Assembly (NCBI GenBank): GCA_963770565.1
Contig: CAVYQE010000011.1
Coordinates: 864,001-928,000 of the forward strand
Length of the DNA stretch: 64,000 nucleotides
Direction of reading: 5' to 3'
DNA from: an uncultured Actinomycetota bacterium
Lineage (GTDB): Bacteria; Actinomycetota; Actinomycetes; JAFAQI01
The translations under genes and the position numbers were made by a program. Positions 51,693-60,824 of the stretch are shown in pieces; position 1 is the stretch's first letter; each line of letters starts with the position of its first letter. Below the pieces are notes generated by a model. It was not told the DNA's origin. It searched no databases and saw only the letters and a list, made by a program, of their open reading frames with translations.

Positions 51693-52229
51693 GTGAGCGA
51701 TCTTCGATGTCGCGCATGCGGTGCTGCTGTGACGAGTGAGGCGCAGTGGTGCTCGCTGTGCTATGCCGACCTGCGTGAGCCTGCGCCTGTGCGCGAGCGT
51801 GTCGTGGCACCGGTCGCCCCGACCCCCGACGAGGCCCACGTGCCGATGGCGATGGCGGCCCGGAACGGCTCGCCGCTGCCCAGCCCGGCTGGTTCGGACC
51901 ACGCCGGCCTGCTCGATCGGCCCGAGCCCGACGAACCGGGGCCCGTGGCCGAGGCCAAGGAGGGTGCGGCCGACCCGGCCGATCCGGCCGAGGCGAAATG
52001 GCCCTGCCTGGCCTGCGGTGAGCAGGTCCCGCTCTCTTTTGACTCCTGCCCGGCCTGCGGCGCCGGCTTCCTTGCCGGCGCGACGACGACCGCGTCGACC
52101 CGGTTGCCCATGGTGGGCGATATCGGACGGATGTCGCGGACGCAGCGGTTGATGGTGGGCTTCGGCATCGCGGTCGCCGTCATGATCCTGCTGGTCGTGA
52201 TCGCCACGATCTTCGGCCACGTCTTCTAG
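51693..52229 (+). CDS. Hypothetical protein with two zinc-ribbon-like units and a C-terminal TM anchor
   Basis: CRAC/CSLC and CLAC/CPAC pairs; hydrophobic C-terminus. Confidence 0.72.
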   Translation: MSDLRCRACGAAVTSEAQWCSLCYADLREPAPVRERVVAPVAPTPDEAHVPMAMAARNGSPLPSPAGSDHAGLLDRPEPDEPGPVAEAKEGAADPADPAEAKWPCLACGEQVPLSFDSCPACGAGFLAGATTTASTRLPMVGDIGRMSRTQRLMVGFGIAVAVMILLVVIATIFGHVF

Positions 52230-52350
52230 CCACACGCGTGGCCCATCGGTGGGGTCATAGCCCCACGCATGGCCCATTGGTGGGGCTCTGGCCACACGCG
52301 TGGCCCATCGGTGGGGTCATAGCCCCACGCATGGCCCATTGGTGGGGCAC
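52229..52350. repeat. Repeat family B, locus 3 (four 31-bp units as a 62-bp dimer, opposite orientation)
   Basis: Units at 52229, 52260, 52291 and 52322 in ABAB order. Confidence 0.92.
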
Positions 52351-52375
52351 GACCGGGCGTTCGTAGGCTGCCGGA

Positions 52376-53140
52376 ATGCGGGTCCACGTCGTCTCCGACG
52401 TCCATGGGCGAAGTGACGCCCTGGCCCGGGCCGGCGACGGTGCCGACGCGCTGATCTGCCTCGGCGACCTCGTGCTGTTCCTCGACTACGACGACGTCGG
52501 GGTCGGGATCTTCGCCGACCTGTTCGGTGCCGAGGCGGCGGCCACCCTGATCGACCTGCGCACGCAGCGCCGGTACGACGAAGCGCGGACGTTCTCGCGC
52601 GGGCTGTGGGATCGGGTCGGCGACCGGCGGGCCGCGATCGAGGCGGCGGTGCGCAAGCAGTACGCCGAGTTGTTCGCGGCGATGCCGACCCCGGCGTACG
52701 TCACCTACGGCAACGTCGACATCCCGGCGATGTGGCCGGACTTCGCCAAGCCGGGGGTGCAGATCCTCGACGGACAGACCGCGGAGATCGGCGGCCGCAG
52801 CTTCGGTTTCGTCGGCGGCGGCCTGCAGACGCCGATGCGCACGCCGTTCGAGATCACTGAAGAGGAGTACGCCGCCAAGGTCGCTGCAGTCGGGGCGGTC
52901 GACGTGCTGTGCTGCCACATCCCGCCCGATGTCCCCGATCTGCTCTACGACGTCGGCGGCCGCCGGCTGGAGCGCGGCAGCGTCGCGATCCTGGATGCGA
53001 TCCGCGACACCCAGCCGGGAATTGTGCTGTTCGGGCACGTCCACAACCCGCTGTCGCGCCGGACCCGGATCGGCCGGACCGAGTGCGTGAACGTCGGTCA
53101 CTTCCGGGGTCGGGGTACGCCGTACGTCCTCACCTGGTGA
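52376..53140 (+). CDS. Metallophosphoesterase
   Basis: SDVHG, LGDL, GNVD, HIPP, FGHVH. Confidence 0.9.
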   Translation: MRVHVVSDVHGRSDALARAGDGADALICLGDLVLFLDYDDVGVGIFADLFGAEAAATLIDLRTQRRYDEARTFSRGLWDRVGDRRAAIEAAVRKQYAELFAAMPTPAYVTYGNVDIPAMWPDFAKPGVQILDGQTAEIGGRSFGFVGGGLQTPMRTPFEITEEEYAAKVAAVGAVDVLCCHIPPDVPDLLYDVGGRRLERGSVAILDAIRDTQPGIVLFGHVHNPLSRRTRIGRTECVNVGHFRGRGTPYVLTW

Positions 53141-53177
53141 CGAGGGGCGTTAGTCTCCGCTCGACGAGGAGGTTGCC

Positions 53178-53618
53178 GTGGTCGACAAGGCCAGTGCGAG
53201 CATCATGATCCAGGCGGACAAGCAGGCCGTCATGGCCGTCATCGCCGACCTGCCCGTGTATCCGGAGTGGTCCACCGCGATCAAGGCGGTGAACGTCAAC
53301 GAGGTCGGCGACGACGGCCGAGCCGCCACGGCGACCTTCACCCTCGATGCCGGGATCCTCAAGGACACCTACACCCTCGCCTACGACTGGGACGGCGACG
53401 ACCGGGTCGATTGGCACCTGGTCAGCGGCCGGGCGCTCAAGGCCCAGGTCGGCAACTATCAGCTGCGCGAGACCGGCGGCGGCACCGAGGTCACCTACGA
53501 GCTGGCGGTCGACCTCGCGGTGCCGATGCTGGGCATGTTCAAGCGCAAAGCGGAGCGCGCCATCATCGACACCGCGCTCAAGGGTCTCAAGAAGCGCGTG
53601 GAAGCCGGCGGGGGTTGA
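53178..53618 (+). CDS. SRPBCC-family protein
   Basis: IADLPVYPEW, KRKAERAIIDTALKGLKKRVE. Confidence 0.9.
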   Translation: MVDKASASIMIQADKQAVMAVIADLPVYPEWSTAIKAVNVNEVGDDGRAATATFTLDAGILKDTYTLAYDWDGDDRVDWHLVSGRALKAQVGNYQLRETGGGTEVTYELAVDLAVPMLGMFKRKAERAIIDTALKGLKKRVEAGGG

Positions 53619-53666
53619 ACCGGGATGGTGCGTACGTCGCGACCGCCCAACACATAGCCTGACCCG

Positions 53667-54857
53667 ATGCGCATCCTGCTGTTCACGGGGAAGGGCGGCG
53701 TCGGCAAGACGACGGCGGCGGCGGCCACCGCTGTGTTCGCCGCTGCCCGCGGCAGCAAGACGCTGGTGCTCTCGACCGATCCCGCTCATTCGCTGGCCGA
53801 TGCGTTCGGGGTCGACCTGGCCGGAACCCCCACCGAGATCGACACCGGGCTCTACGGCCAGCAGGTCGATGCGCAGCGGGCGTTCGAGGCGAGCTGGCGC
53901 GATGTCCAGCACTACCTGCGCGGCGTGCTCGAGCAGGGCGGGGTCGACCCGCTCGAGGCCGAGGAGCTGACCGTTCTTCCGGGCGCGGAAGAGGTGCTCG
54001 CCCTCCTGGAGCTGCGGGCCCAGGTCGCCGGCGGGCGGTGGGACACCGTGATCGTCGACTGCGCGCCGACCGGCGAGACCTTGCGGCTGCTCGCGCTGCC
54101 GGAGGCCCTGCAGTGGTGGATGCAGCGGATGTTCCCGCCCGAGCGGCGGGTCCTGCGAAACCTGCGCCCGGTGCTGTCGCATCTGGTCGGGCTGCCGCTG
54201 CCGCCCGACGCGGTCTTCGCGGCGGTTGATCGGCTCTCGAGCGAGCTCACCGAGGTCCGCGACCTGCTGGTCGATCCCGCCGTGACCTCGGTCCGGCTCG
54301 TTCTCACGCCGGAGTCGGTCGTGGTGGCCGAGGCGCGGCGCACCCTGACTTCGCTGTCGTTGTACGGCTACCGGGTCGACGGCGTGGTCGCCAACCGGGT
54401 CTTCCCGCTCGACAGCGACGACCCGTGGCGGGCCGGCTGGGTGGCCGCTCAGCGCACCCAACTGGAGGCGGTGCGGGTCGGATTCCCCGGTCTGCCGATC
54501 TGGTCGGCGTCGTACGCCGCGGCCGAGCCGGTCGGCCTGGACGCGCTCGCCGAACTCGCGGTCGCGACGTACGGCGAAAGCGACCCGCTGGCGGTGTCGA
54601 CGACGCCCGAGCCGCTGATTGTCGAGCGGGTCGCGACCGACGAGTACGTCCTGTCGGTGTCGCTGCCGCACGCCGAGCGGCGCGACGTCGAGCTGGTCCG
54701 CAAGGGCGATGACCTGGTGCTCACGGTCGGCGCCCATCGCCGGGCGCTCGCGCTGCCGAGCGCGCTGCAGCGCTGCGTCGTGGACGGGGCGGCATTGCGC
54801 GACGGGCGGTTACGGGTGCGGTTCCGGGTCGATCCAGACGCTTGGGTGCGCTCGTGA
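53667..54857 (+). CDS. ArsA/Get3-family ATPase
   Basis: GKGGVGKTT, STDPAHSL, DCAPTGETLRLL. Confidence 0.92.
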   Translation: MRILLFTGKGGVGKTTAAAATAVFAAARGSKTLVLSTDPAHSLADAFGVDLAGTPTEIDTGLYGQQVDAQRAFEASWRDVQHYLRGVLEQGGVDPLEAEELTVLPGAEEVLALLELRAQVAGGRWDTVIVDCAPTGETLRLLALPEALQWWMQRMFPPERRVLRNLRPVLSHLVGLPLPPDAVFAAVDRLSSELTEVRDLLVDPAVTSVRLVLTPESVVVAEARRTLTSLSLYGYRVDGVVANRVFPLDSDDPWRAGWVAAQRTQLEAVRVGFPGLPIWSASYAAAEPVGLDALAELAVATYGESDPLAVSTTPEPLIVERVATDEYVLSVSLPHAERRDVELVRKGDDLVLTVGAHRRALALPSALQRCVVDGAALRDGRLRVRFRVDPDAWVRS

Positions 54858-55201
54858 CCACCACTCCTCCGGGCCCGCTGGCGGAAGAGGCGGCCCGGCT
54901 GGTCGAGGCAATCGGCGAGTGGGCCCGCGGCGCGGTCGGTGACGTCCGGGCGCCGTCGATCGGCGGCAGCAAGGAATGTCAGATCTGCCCGATCTGCCAG
55001 CTGCTCGCGCTGGTCCGCCGGACCCAGCCGGAAACGTTCGGGCATCTGGCGGAAGCGTCGGCGTCGATGCTCGCGGCGCTGCGGACGATCGTCGAGCGAC
55101 ATGACCACGGCAGCGCGCGCACGAGCGGGGTCGAGCGGGTCGACCTCGACGACCTCGACGACCTCGACGACCTGCACGTCGACACGGGCCTGGCCACGTG
55201 A
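54854..55201 (+). CDS. Conserved hypothetical protein (DUF5304-like)
   Basis: LAEEAARL, ECQICPICQ, VERVDLD; GTGA overlap with the ArsA gene. Confidence 0.75.
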   Translation: MTTTPPGPLAEEAARLVEAIGEWARGAVGDVRAPSIGGSKECQICPICQLLALVRRTQPETFGHLAEASASMLAALRTIVERHDHGSARTSGVERVDLDDLDDLDDLHVDTGLAT

Positions 55202-55236
55202 GCGAGTACCGGAGCGAAGCGACGATGCCGCGATGA
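55198..55236 (+). repeat. MIRU-like mini-ORF cassette, copy 2 (short form, MSEYRSEATMPR*)
   Basis: GTGA overlap with the upstream stop and ATGA overlap with the glucokinase start; shares TGAGCGAGTACCG.AGCGAAGCGA with 63131-63220. Confidence 0.8.
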
Positions 55237-56177
55237 GCCTGGCGATCGGCATCGACATCGGCGGCACCAAGGTGGCGGCCGGGGTCGTGGACGAGGCCGG
55301 GCAGGTGCTGGCCGTGGTTCGCCGTCGTACTCCGAGCCGAGATCCGGGCCACATCGTCGACGTGGTGGTCGAGATCGTCGGCCAGCTGCGTGCCGACCAC
55401 AAGGTCGCCGCGGTCGGGATCGGGGCGGCCGGCTTCGTCGATGCGGCTCGGTCGACCGTGGTCTTCGCCGCGAACCTGGCCTGGCGGGACACCCCGATTC
55501 GCGCCGACATCAGCAGCCGGCTCGACCTGCCGGTGGTGGTCGAGAACGACGCGAACGCGGCCGCCTGGGGCGAGTTCCGCTTCGGGGCCGGCGACCAGGA
55601 GCCCGATGTCATGGTCCTGACGATCGGCACCGGGATCGGTGCCGGGATCGTGATCGACGGCGCGCTGTATCGCGGCCGGTTCGGGATGGCGGGTGAGCCC
55701 GGGCACATGCGGGTGGTGCCGGGTGGCCGGCTGTGCGGCTGCGGCAATCGCGGCTGTCTCGAGCAGTATTGCAGCGGTACTGCCCTGGTCCGGGCCGCGC
55801 GCGAGGTGGCGCAGGAGCGGCCGGCCGATGCAGCCCGGCTGCTCGAGCTCGCCCATGGCGACGTGGCCAACATCGACGGCCCGGTGGTCACCAAGGCCGC
55901 GCAGGAGGGCGATCCGGCCGCGGTGGACTGCTTCGACGAGATCGGACGCTGGCTCGGGCAGGGTCTGGCCGATCTGGCCGCGTTGATCGATCCCGGCCGG
56001 TTCGTCATCGGCGGAGGGGTTGCCGAGGCCGGCGACCTGCTCCTGGTCGCCGGGCGCGAGTCGTACGCGGCGGTCCTGAGCGGCCGGGGCTACCGGCCGT
56101 TGGCGGATGTTGTCCCGGCCCAGCTCGGGGCGCAGGCGGGCCTCATCGGCGCGGCCGATCTGGCCCGCCGGCTCTGA
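55233..56177 (+). CDS. glkA: ROK-family glucokinase
   Basis: GIDIGGTK, ENDANAAAWGE, GTGIGAG, CGCGNRGCLEQY. Confidence 0.93.
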   Translation: MSLAIGIDIGGTKVAAGVVDEAGQVLAVVRRRTPSRDPGHIVDVVVEIVGQLRADHKVAAVGIGAAGFVDAARSTVVFAANLAWRDTPIRADISSRLDLPVVVENDANAAAWGEFRFGAGDQEPDVMVLTIGTGIGAGIVIDGALYRGRFGMAGEPGHMRVVPGGRLCGCGNRGCLEQYCSGTALVRAAREVAQERPADAARLLELAHGDVANIDGPVVTKAAQEGDPAAVDCFDEIGRWLGQGLADLAALIDPGRFVIGGGVAEAGDLLLVAGRESYAAVLSGRGYRPLADVVPAQLGAQAGLIGAADLARRL

Positions 56178-57154
56178 TGGCGCGCCCGGCCGGGCCGGCA
56201 GCGACCCGAGTGGTCGTCGCGCTCGGCGGCAACGCGCTGAGCCCGTCCGGCGGTACCGGCGACGTGCGGGAGATCCGGGCTGCCCTTGCCACGACCGCGG
56301 AGTCGCTCGCCGACCTGGTCGAGCACGGCGTGAGCCTGGTGATCACGCACGGCAACGGCCCCCAGGTCGGGCGGATCCTGCTTCAACAGGAGTACGCCGC
56401 CGCCCAGGTGCCGCCGATGCCGATGGACGTCTGCGGCGCCCAGAGCCAGGGCCAGATCGGCTACCTGCTCGCGCAGACCCTCGACAGCGCGATGTCGCGC
56501 CGCGGGATCGAGACCCGGGCGTTGTGCCTGGTCACGCAGGTCGTCGTCGACGGCCGCGACCCGGCCTTCCGGCGCCCCACCAAGCCGGTCGGACCGACGT
56601 ACGACCGGGCCGAGGCCCGGCGGATCGCGCACGAGACCGGCTATGTCTTCCGGGCGATGCCGGACGGCCGGTGGCGGCGCGCGGTCGCCTCACCACGACC
56701 GCAGCGGATCGTCGAGGCAGAGCCGCTCCGCCAGATCATCGACGCCGGGCATGTCGTCGTGGCGGCCGGTGGCGGCGGAGTGCCGGTGGTCGAGGTCGGC
56801 GACGAGCTGCACGGCGTCGAGGCCGTGATCGACAAGGACCTGACCGCGGCCCGGCTCGCCTTGCTCGTCGAGGCCGACCAGCTGGTCATCCTGACCGAGG
56901 TGCCACGAGTGCAGGTGCAGTTCGGCACTGCCGCGGCGCGCGAGCTGACCCGGCTGTCGGTGGCGGAGGCGCGCGAGCTCCTCGCCGAGGGCGAGTTCCC
57001 AGAGGGCTCGATGGGGCCGAAGGTGCGGGCCTGCGTCAACTTCGTCAGCGGCGGCGGCCGGCGCGCGGTCATCGGCTCGCTCGCTGAGACACGTGAGGTC
57101 GTGTTCGGCGACGCCGGCACCATCTTCGAGGCCGATCGGAGTGCGGATGGCTGA
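56177..57154 (+). CDS. arcC: Carbamate kinase
   Basis: ALGGNAL, THGNGPQVG, PTKPVGP, GGGGVPV, EAVIDKD, GSMGPKV. Confidence 0.92.
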   Translation: MARPAGPAATRVVVALGGNALSPSGGTGDVREIRAALATTAESLADLVEHGVSLVITHGNGPQVGRILLQQEYAAAQVPPMPMDVCGAQSQGQIGYLLAQTLDSAMSRRGIETRALCLVTQVVVDGRDPAFRRPTKPVGPTYDRAEARRIAHETGYVFRAMPDGRWRRAVASPRPQRIVEAEPLRQIIDAGHVVVAAGGGGVPVVEVGDELHGVEAVIDKDLTAARLALLVEADQLVILTEVPRVQVQFGTAAARELTRLSVAEARELLAEGEFPEGSMGPKVRACVNFVSGGGRRAVIGSLAETREVVFGDAGTIFEADRSADG

Positions 57155-57848
57155 GACCGCCGAGCTTCGGGTGATGACGTACAACGTCCGGTCGCTCCGC
57201 GACGATGTGGAGGCACTCGCCACGGTGGTCCGGTCATGCGCCCCGGATGTCGTGCTCGTGCAGGAGGCACCGAGGTTTCTTCGCTGGCGGTCCAAGCGGG
57301 CCGCGCTGGCTCGCCGTTGCGGCCTGGTCGTCGCGACCGCCGACCGGCCGGGCGGGCTTTGCGTGCTGACCGCGCTACGGGTCGACGTACTTCGGACCTC
57401 GTTTTCGTTGCTACCCAAGACATCTCGGCACCATCAGCGCGCAATCGCAGGCGCGACGGTACGTTGCGACGGCGCGCAGTGGGAGGTGCTGTCGGTGCAT
57501 ATGAGCACCGATCCGAGCGAGCGACAGCGACACCTGCCGGCGATCGACTCCGCACTGTCGGCGATGGCGGTCGCGCCGCTGGTGGTGGGCGGCGACATCA
57601 ACGAGGACCCCGGGGGAGTGCTCTTCAGCGACCTGTCGACCTGGCTGCAGGACTGCTTCGTCGTGGCCGGTTCGGGCGCCGGGCTGACCTCGCCGGCCGC
57701 CTCGCCGCGGCGCCGCCTCGACGCCATCTTCGCAAGCTCGGCGCTGCACGTGGTGAGCTGCGAGGTGGTGGACGCGCCCGGCATCACCGCCGCCAGCGAC
57801 CATCGGCCGGTCGTTGCGGTGCTCAGCCAGCCGCTGAAACCCTCCTAG
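57147..57848 (+). CDS. Endonuclease/exonuclease/phosphatase-family protein
   Basis: MTYNV, LVQE, GDINE, SDHRPV. Confidence 0.9.
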   Translation: MAETAELRVMTYNVRSLRDDVEALATVVRSCAPDVVLVQEAPRFLRWRSKRAALARRCGLVVATADRPGGLCVLTALRVDVLRTSFSLLPKTSRHHQRAIAGATVRCDGAQWEVLSVHMSTDPSERQRHLPAIDSALSAMAVAPLVVGGDINEDPGGVLFSDLSTWLQDCFVVAGSGAGLTSPAASPRRRLDAIFASSALHVVSCEVVDAPGITAASDHRPVVAVLSQPLKPS

Positions 57849-57855
57849 CGGTTCC

Positions 57856-59088
57856 CTACGGCCTTCGGTAGTCCGGCACGAGCTCGCGGGCGAGCTGTTC
57901 GAGAAACAAGCCGATGTCCGTCACGATCCCGATCGCCTGCGCGCTGCCGCGGTCGGCGAGCTTCGTCACGGTGGCCGGGTTGATGTCGACCGCAACCAGC
58001 GGTACCGAGGCGGGCAGGATGTTGCCGGTCCCGATCGAGTGCAACATCGTGGCGACCATGATCGCGAATCCGACGCCGGGCAGCTGGGCCCGCATCGCGC
58101 GCTGCCCTTCGATCACGTCGGTGTAGACGTCGGGGAGCGGCCCGTCGTCGCGGACCGAGCCGACCAGTACGAACGGGCGGCCGGCGGTCACCATCGCGTG
58201 CATGACCCCGCTGGTGAGGACGCCATTGTCGACCGCTGCCTTGATCGAGCCGGCCGCGCGGATCTCATTGATCGCGCGGATGTGGTGCTCATGGCCGTGC
58301 GTGACACCGACAGCGGCGTCGAGGTCGACCCCTAGTGAGGTGCCGAACAGCGAGGATTCGATGTCGTGGGTCGCCAGCGCGTTGCCGCTGAACAGCACGT
58401 CGACCCAGCCGTGGTCGACCAGCGACACCATCGGGATCGACGCGCCGGTGTGCACGACAGCCGGGCCGGCGACCCAGAGGATCCGGCCGCCGTCGCCCTT
58501 GACCTCGCGCATCCGGTCGGCGATCTGGCGCACCAATACGGCCTGCGGCTTCTCACTCGACACGATCGAGCTCATGAACCCGAAGTCGCCGTCGAACTTC
58601 TTGTGCTGATGCGACGGGAGTACGACGCGGACCCCGCTCGCGCCGCACACGATCAGGTCGCCCTCGCGTACGTCGCTGACCGGCACGGTTCGCACCCGGC
58701 CGGCATCGACGATCAGGCCGCAGTCCATCTCGGGTTGTTCGACCGGCACCCACTGGCCGCCGAGGCGGACCACGGTCTCGAGGTTGGTGGTCGAGTAGAA
58801 GTCCTCCGGGAACACCCCGTCGGCCGGCGCGATCCGGGTGGCCGCCTCGCCCGGGTCGACCTGGTTGACGCCGTGCACCTGTAGTCGCATCAGGATCCGG
58901 CTGAGCTGCTCGTCGTTGTTGGCGCCGACGAGGATCACCGCGTGCGACTCGTCCTCGTGTGCCTTGCCGAGGTCGATCCGCTCGACCGTGTAGTCACCGC
59001 CGTACTCGAGGACGTCGTCGAGGACCCGCGCGAGGACGCCGGAGTCCATCAGGTGGCCGCTGATCTCCACGGTTTCGGTGAACTGCAC
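57856..59088 (-). CDS. TIGR00300-family protein (ornithine cyclodeaminase-like, homologous to the ArgZ/AgrE C-terminal part)
   Basis: GHLMDSG, FYSTTN, EMDC, FMSSIVSSEK, GNALATHD, GSVRDDGPLP, KLADRGS. Confidence 0.87.
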   Translation of the reverse strand: MQFTETVEISGHLMDSGVLARVLDDVLEYGGDYTVERIDLGKAHEDESHAVILVGANNDEQLSRILMRLQVHGVNQVDPGEAATRIAPADGVFPEDFYSTTNLETVVRLGGQWVPVEQPEMDCGLIVDAGRVRTVPVSDVREGDLIVCGASGVRVVLPSHQHKKFDGDFGFMSSIVSSEKPQAVLVRQIADRMREVKGDGGRILWVAGPAVVHTGASIPMVSLVDHGWVDVLFSGNALATHDIESSLFGTSLGVDLDAAVGVTHGHEHHIRAINEIRAAGSIKAAVDNGVLTSGVMHAMVTAGRPFVLVGSVRDDGPLPDVYTDVIEGQRAMRAQLPGVGFAIMVATMLHSIGTGNILPASVPLVAVDINPATVTKLADRGSAQAIGIVTDIGLFLEQLARELVPDYRRP

Positions 59089-59113
59089 GGCTCAGACTGT
59101 AGATCGTCGGTGG

Positions 59114-59278
59114 CTAATGCCCCATCAACCGACGTTCGGCCTGTTGCGCGACACCCAGGCGGCGACCGGCGGCGTTCTCGTCGGCCCCGATGGCGCTGCC
59201 ATCGCGACCTCCTCGGCCTTGCCGCTCATCCATCTGGACGCCGCTCACGACGGCCCACGTTGGTTGATGGGGCACTAG
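59114..59278. mobile_element. 165-bp MITE-like element with 22-bp terminal inverted repeats
   Basis: CTAATGCCCCATCAACCGACGT (59114-59135) versus ACGTTGGTTGATGGGGCACTAG (59257-59278), 20/22 match. Confidence 0.65.
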
Positions 59279-59892
59279 ACGACCGCGCCGTCGTCCCAGC
59301 CGGAGTCGTTCGGCGGGCCTTCCTTGACGTGGTAGACCAGCGCGGCACCGCCACCGAGGATGGCGAGGATCGCGAGCCAGATCAGGGCACCGCCATCGAG
59401 GTTGGTCACGATCAGGATCAGCCCACCGAGGATCGACAGCAGCGACGCCACCGTGACCCGGCGGAGCCTGGGCAGCGGAGGTGGGGGCGGCGGGACGAAG
59501 TGCTCGTCGAGCTCCGGCGGGGTGGCGAACGACGCGGCGCTGAGCGGGACCGAGGTGGCCGGGTCGCCGGCCTGCAATGTGCCGACCAGGTGTCGCCACT
59601 CGGACTCGAAGTCGATCTCGTTGTCGGGGCCGGCCCCGGTCGCCGGCATCGCGGGGTCGGGCGCCGCGGCGAGCAGCTCGTGGGCGCGCGCGGCCTGGGT
59701 CGAGTCGGCGTACAGGCGGTCGCTGGGTGCGCCGGGCGTCGGCGAGACGTACGCCGCGATGCCTTCGGTCCGCAGCGACTCCAGCAGCTCGTCGGCCACC
59801 CGCGGGTCGAGATCGCCGACGGCCACGTATCCGGCGCAGCGAAGGCCGTTGTCGCGCGCCCCCGAACGGGGGCCCTGACCCGGCTCGACCAC
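59275..59892 (-). CDS. Conserved membrane protein
   Basis: RBS GGAGG; EHFVPPPPPPLP, two TM helices, C-terminal DDGAVV. Confidence 0.8.
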   Translation of the reverse strand: MVEPGQGPRSGARDNGLRCAGYVAVGDLDPRVADELLESLRTEGIAAYVSPTPGAPSDRLYADSTQAARAHELLAAAPDPAMPATGAGPDNEIDFESEWRHLVGTLQAGDPATSVPLSAASFATPPELDEHFVPPPPPPLPRLRRVTVASLLSILGGLILIVTNLDGGALIWLAILAILGGGAALVYHVKEGPPNDSGWDDGAVV

Positions 59893-59901
59893 GACCGCCT
59901 C

Positions 59902-60666
59902 CTAGCGCCCGGCGTCCGCTCGATGCGCCTCGATGAACGCGAGCGACTCCTTGATGATGACCGGCAGGTCGTTGTCGAGGGTCGCGACGTGATAGCTGTC
60001 CTCGAGCCAGACCTGGCGCTTGTCGGCCGAGCCCGCGGCGGACATCAGCCGCTCGGAGTTGGCGGTCTCGACGACATGGTCCTCGCGGCTGGTCATGACC
60101 AGCAGCGGCTGGGTGATCGCGCCGAGGTCGGCGTTGGTCAGCTCCCACAGCTTCGACAGCTGCCAGGCCGCCTTGACCGGCAGCCGGTCGTACGCCGGCT
60201 CGGTCACTCCCGGCGCCTTGATGTCGCTCGCGATCGGCGGTAGCGACGGCAGGAGGTGGCGCAGCACCGGGAGCAGCTTGGCGTCCTTGCGGGTCGTGAA
60301 CAGAGAGCCGTTGACCACGATCAGGCCGGCGACGTCCGCGCCGCGCTGCTCGGCCAGCCGCATCACGAGCGTCCCGCCCATCGACAGGCCCATGACGAAG
60401 GTCTGGCTGCACTGAGCCCTGGTCTCGTCGAAGGCGCGTTCGAGCTCGGCGTACCAGTCCTGCCAGCCGACCTGGTTGGCGTCCTGCCAGCGGGTGCCGT
60501 GGCCGGGCAGGAGCGGCACCCGGACGGTGTGGCCGGCCTCGCCGAGGGCCTCGGCCCACGGCCGCATGCTGCCGGGCATCCCGGTGAAGCCGTGGCAGAG
60601 CACCGCGCCGACCGGCCCGCCTGCCGCGGCGTAGGGCTCGGCGTCGGCTGAGGCGGCAATCGTCAC
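59902..60666 (-). CDS. Carboxylesterase / monoacylglycerol lipase-like alpha/beta hydrolase
   Basis: CHGFTG, LPGHGT, GLSMGG, DHVV, SYHVATLD. Confidence 0.9.
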   Translation of the reverse strand: MTIAASADAEPYAAAGGPVGAVLCHGFTGMPGSMRPWAEALGEAGHTVRVPLLPGHGTRWQDANQVGWQDWYAELERAFDETRAQCSQTFVMGLSMGGTLVMRLAEQRGADVAGLIVVNGSLFTTRKDAKLLPVLRHLLPSLPPIASDIKAPGVTEPAYDRLPVKAAWQLSKLWELTNADLGAITQPLLVMTSREDHVVETANSERLMSAAGSADKRQVWLEDSYHVATLDNDLPVIIKESLAFIEAHRADAGR

Positions 60667-60824
60667 CCCTTGATGGTGCCACGCGGGGCCGACCGGACGT
60701 CCGGGCAAGCGCCCACCCGGTCACCACATCGAGGCAAGCAACTTCGCAGACTGGACACTAGGATCGAGGCAGGCAGGGAGCCACAGGCGGGATTCAGCGG
60801 GAGGCAGAGAGGAGGTCGAGCCGG

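Noticed and set aside
53667-54857. Arsenic resistance locus
   Set aside because: Single-domain ArsA/Get3-like ATPase with no arsB, arsC or arsR nearby; the context is the SRPBCC-glucokinase core region.
55141-55174. 9-bp tandem repeat GACCTCGAC as a contingency locus
   Set aside because: It is an in-frame DLD expansion in a low-complexity tail, so copy changes would not shift the frame.
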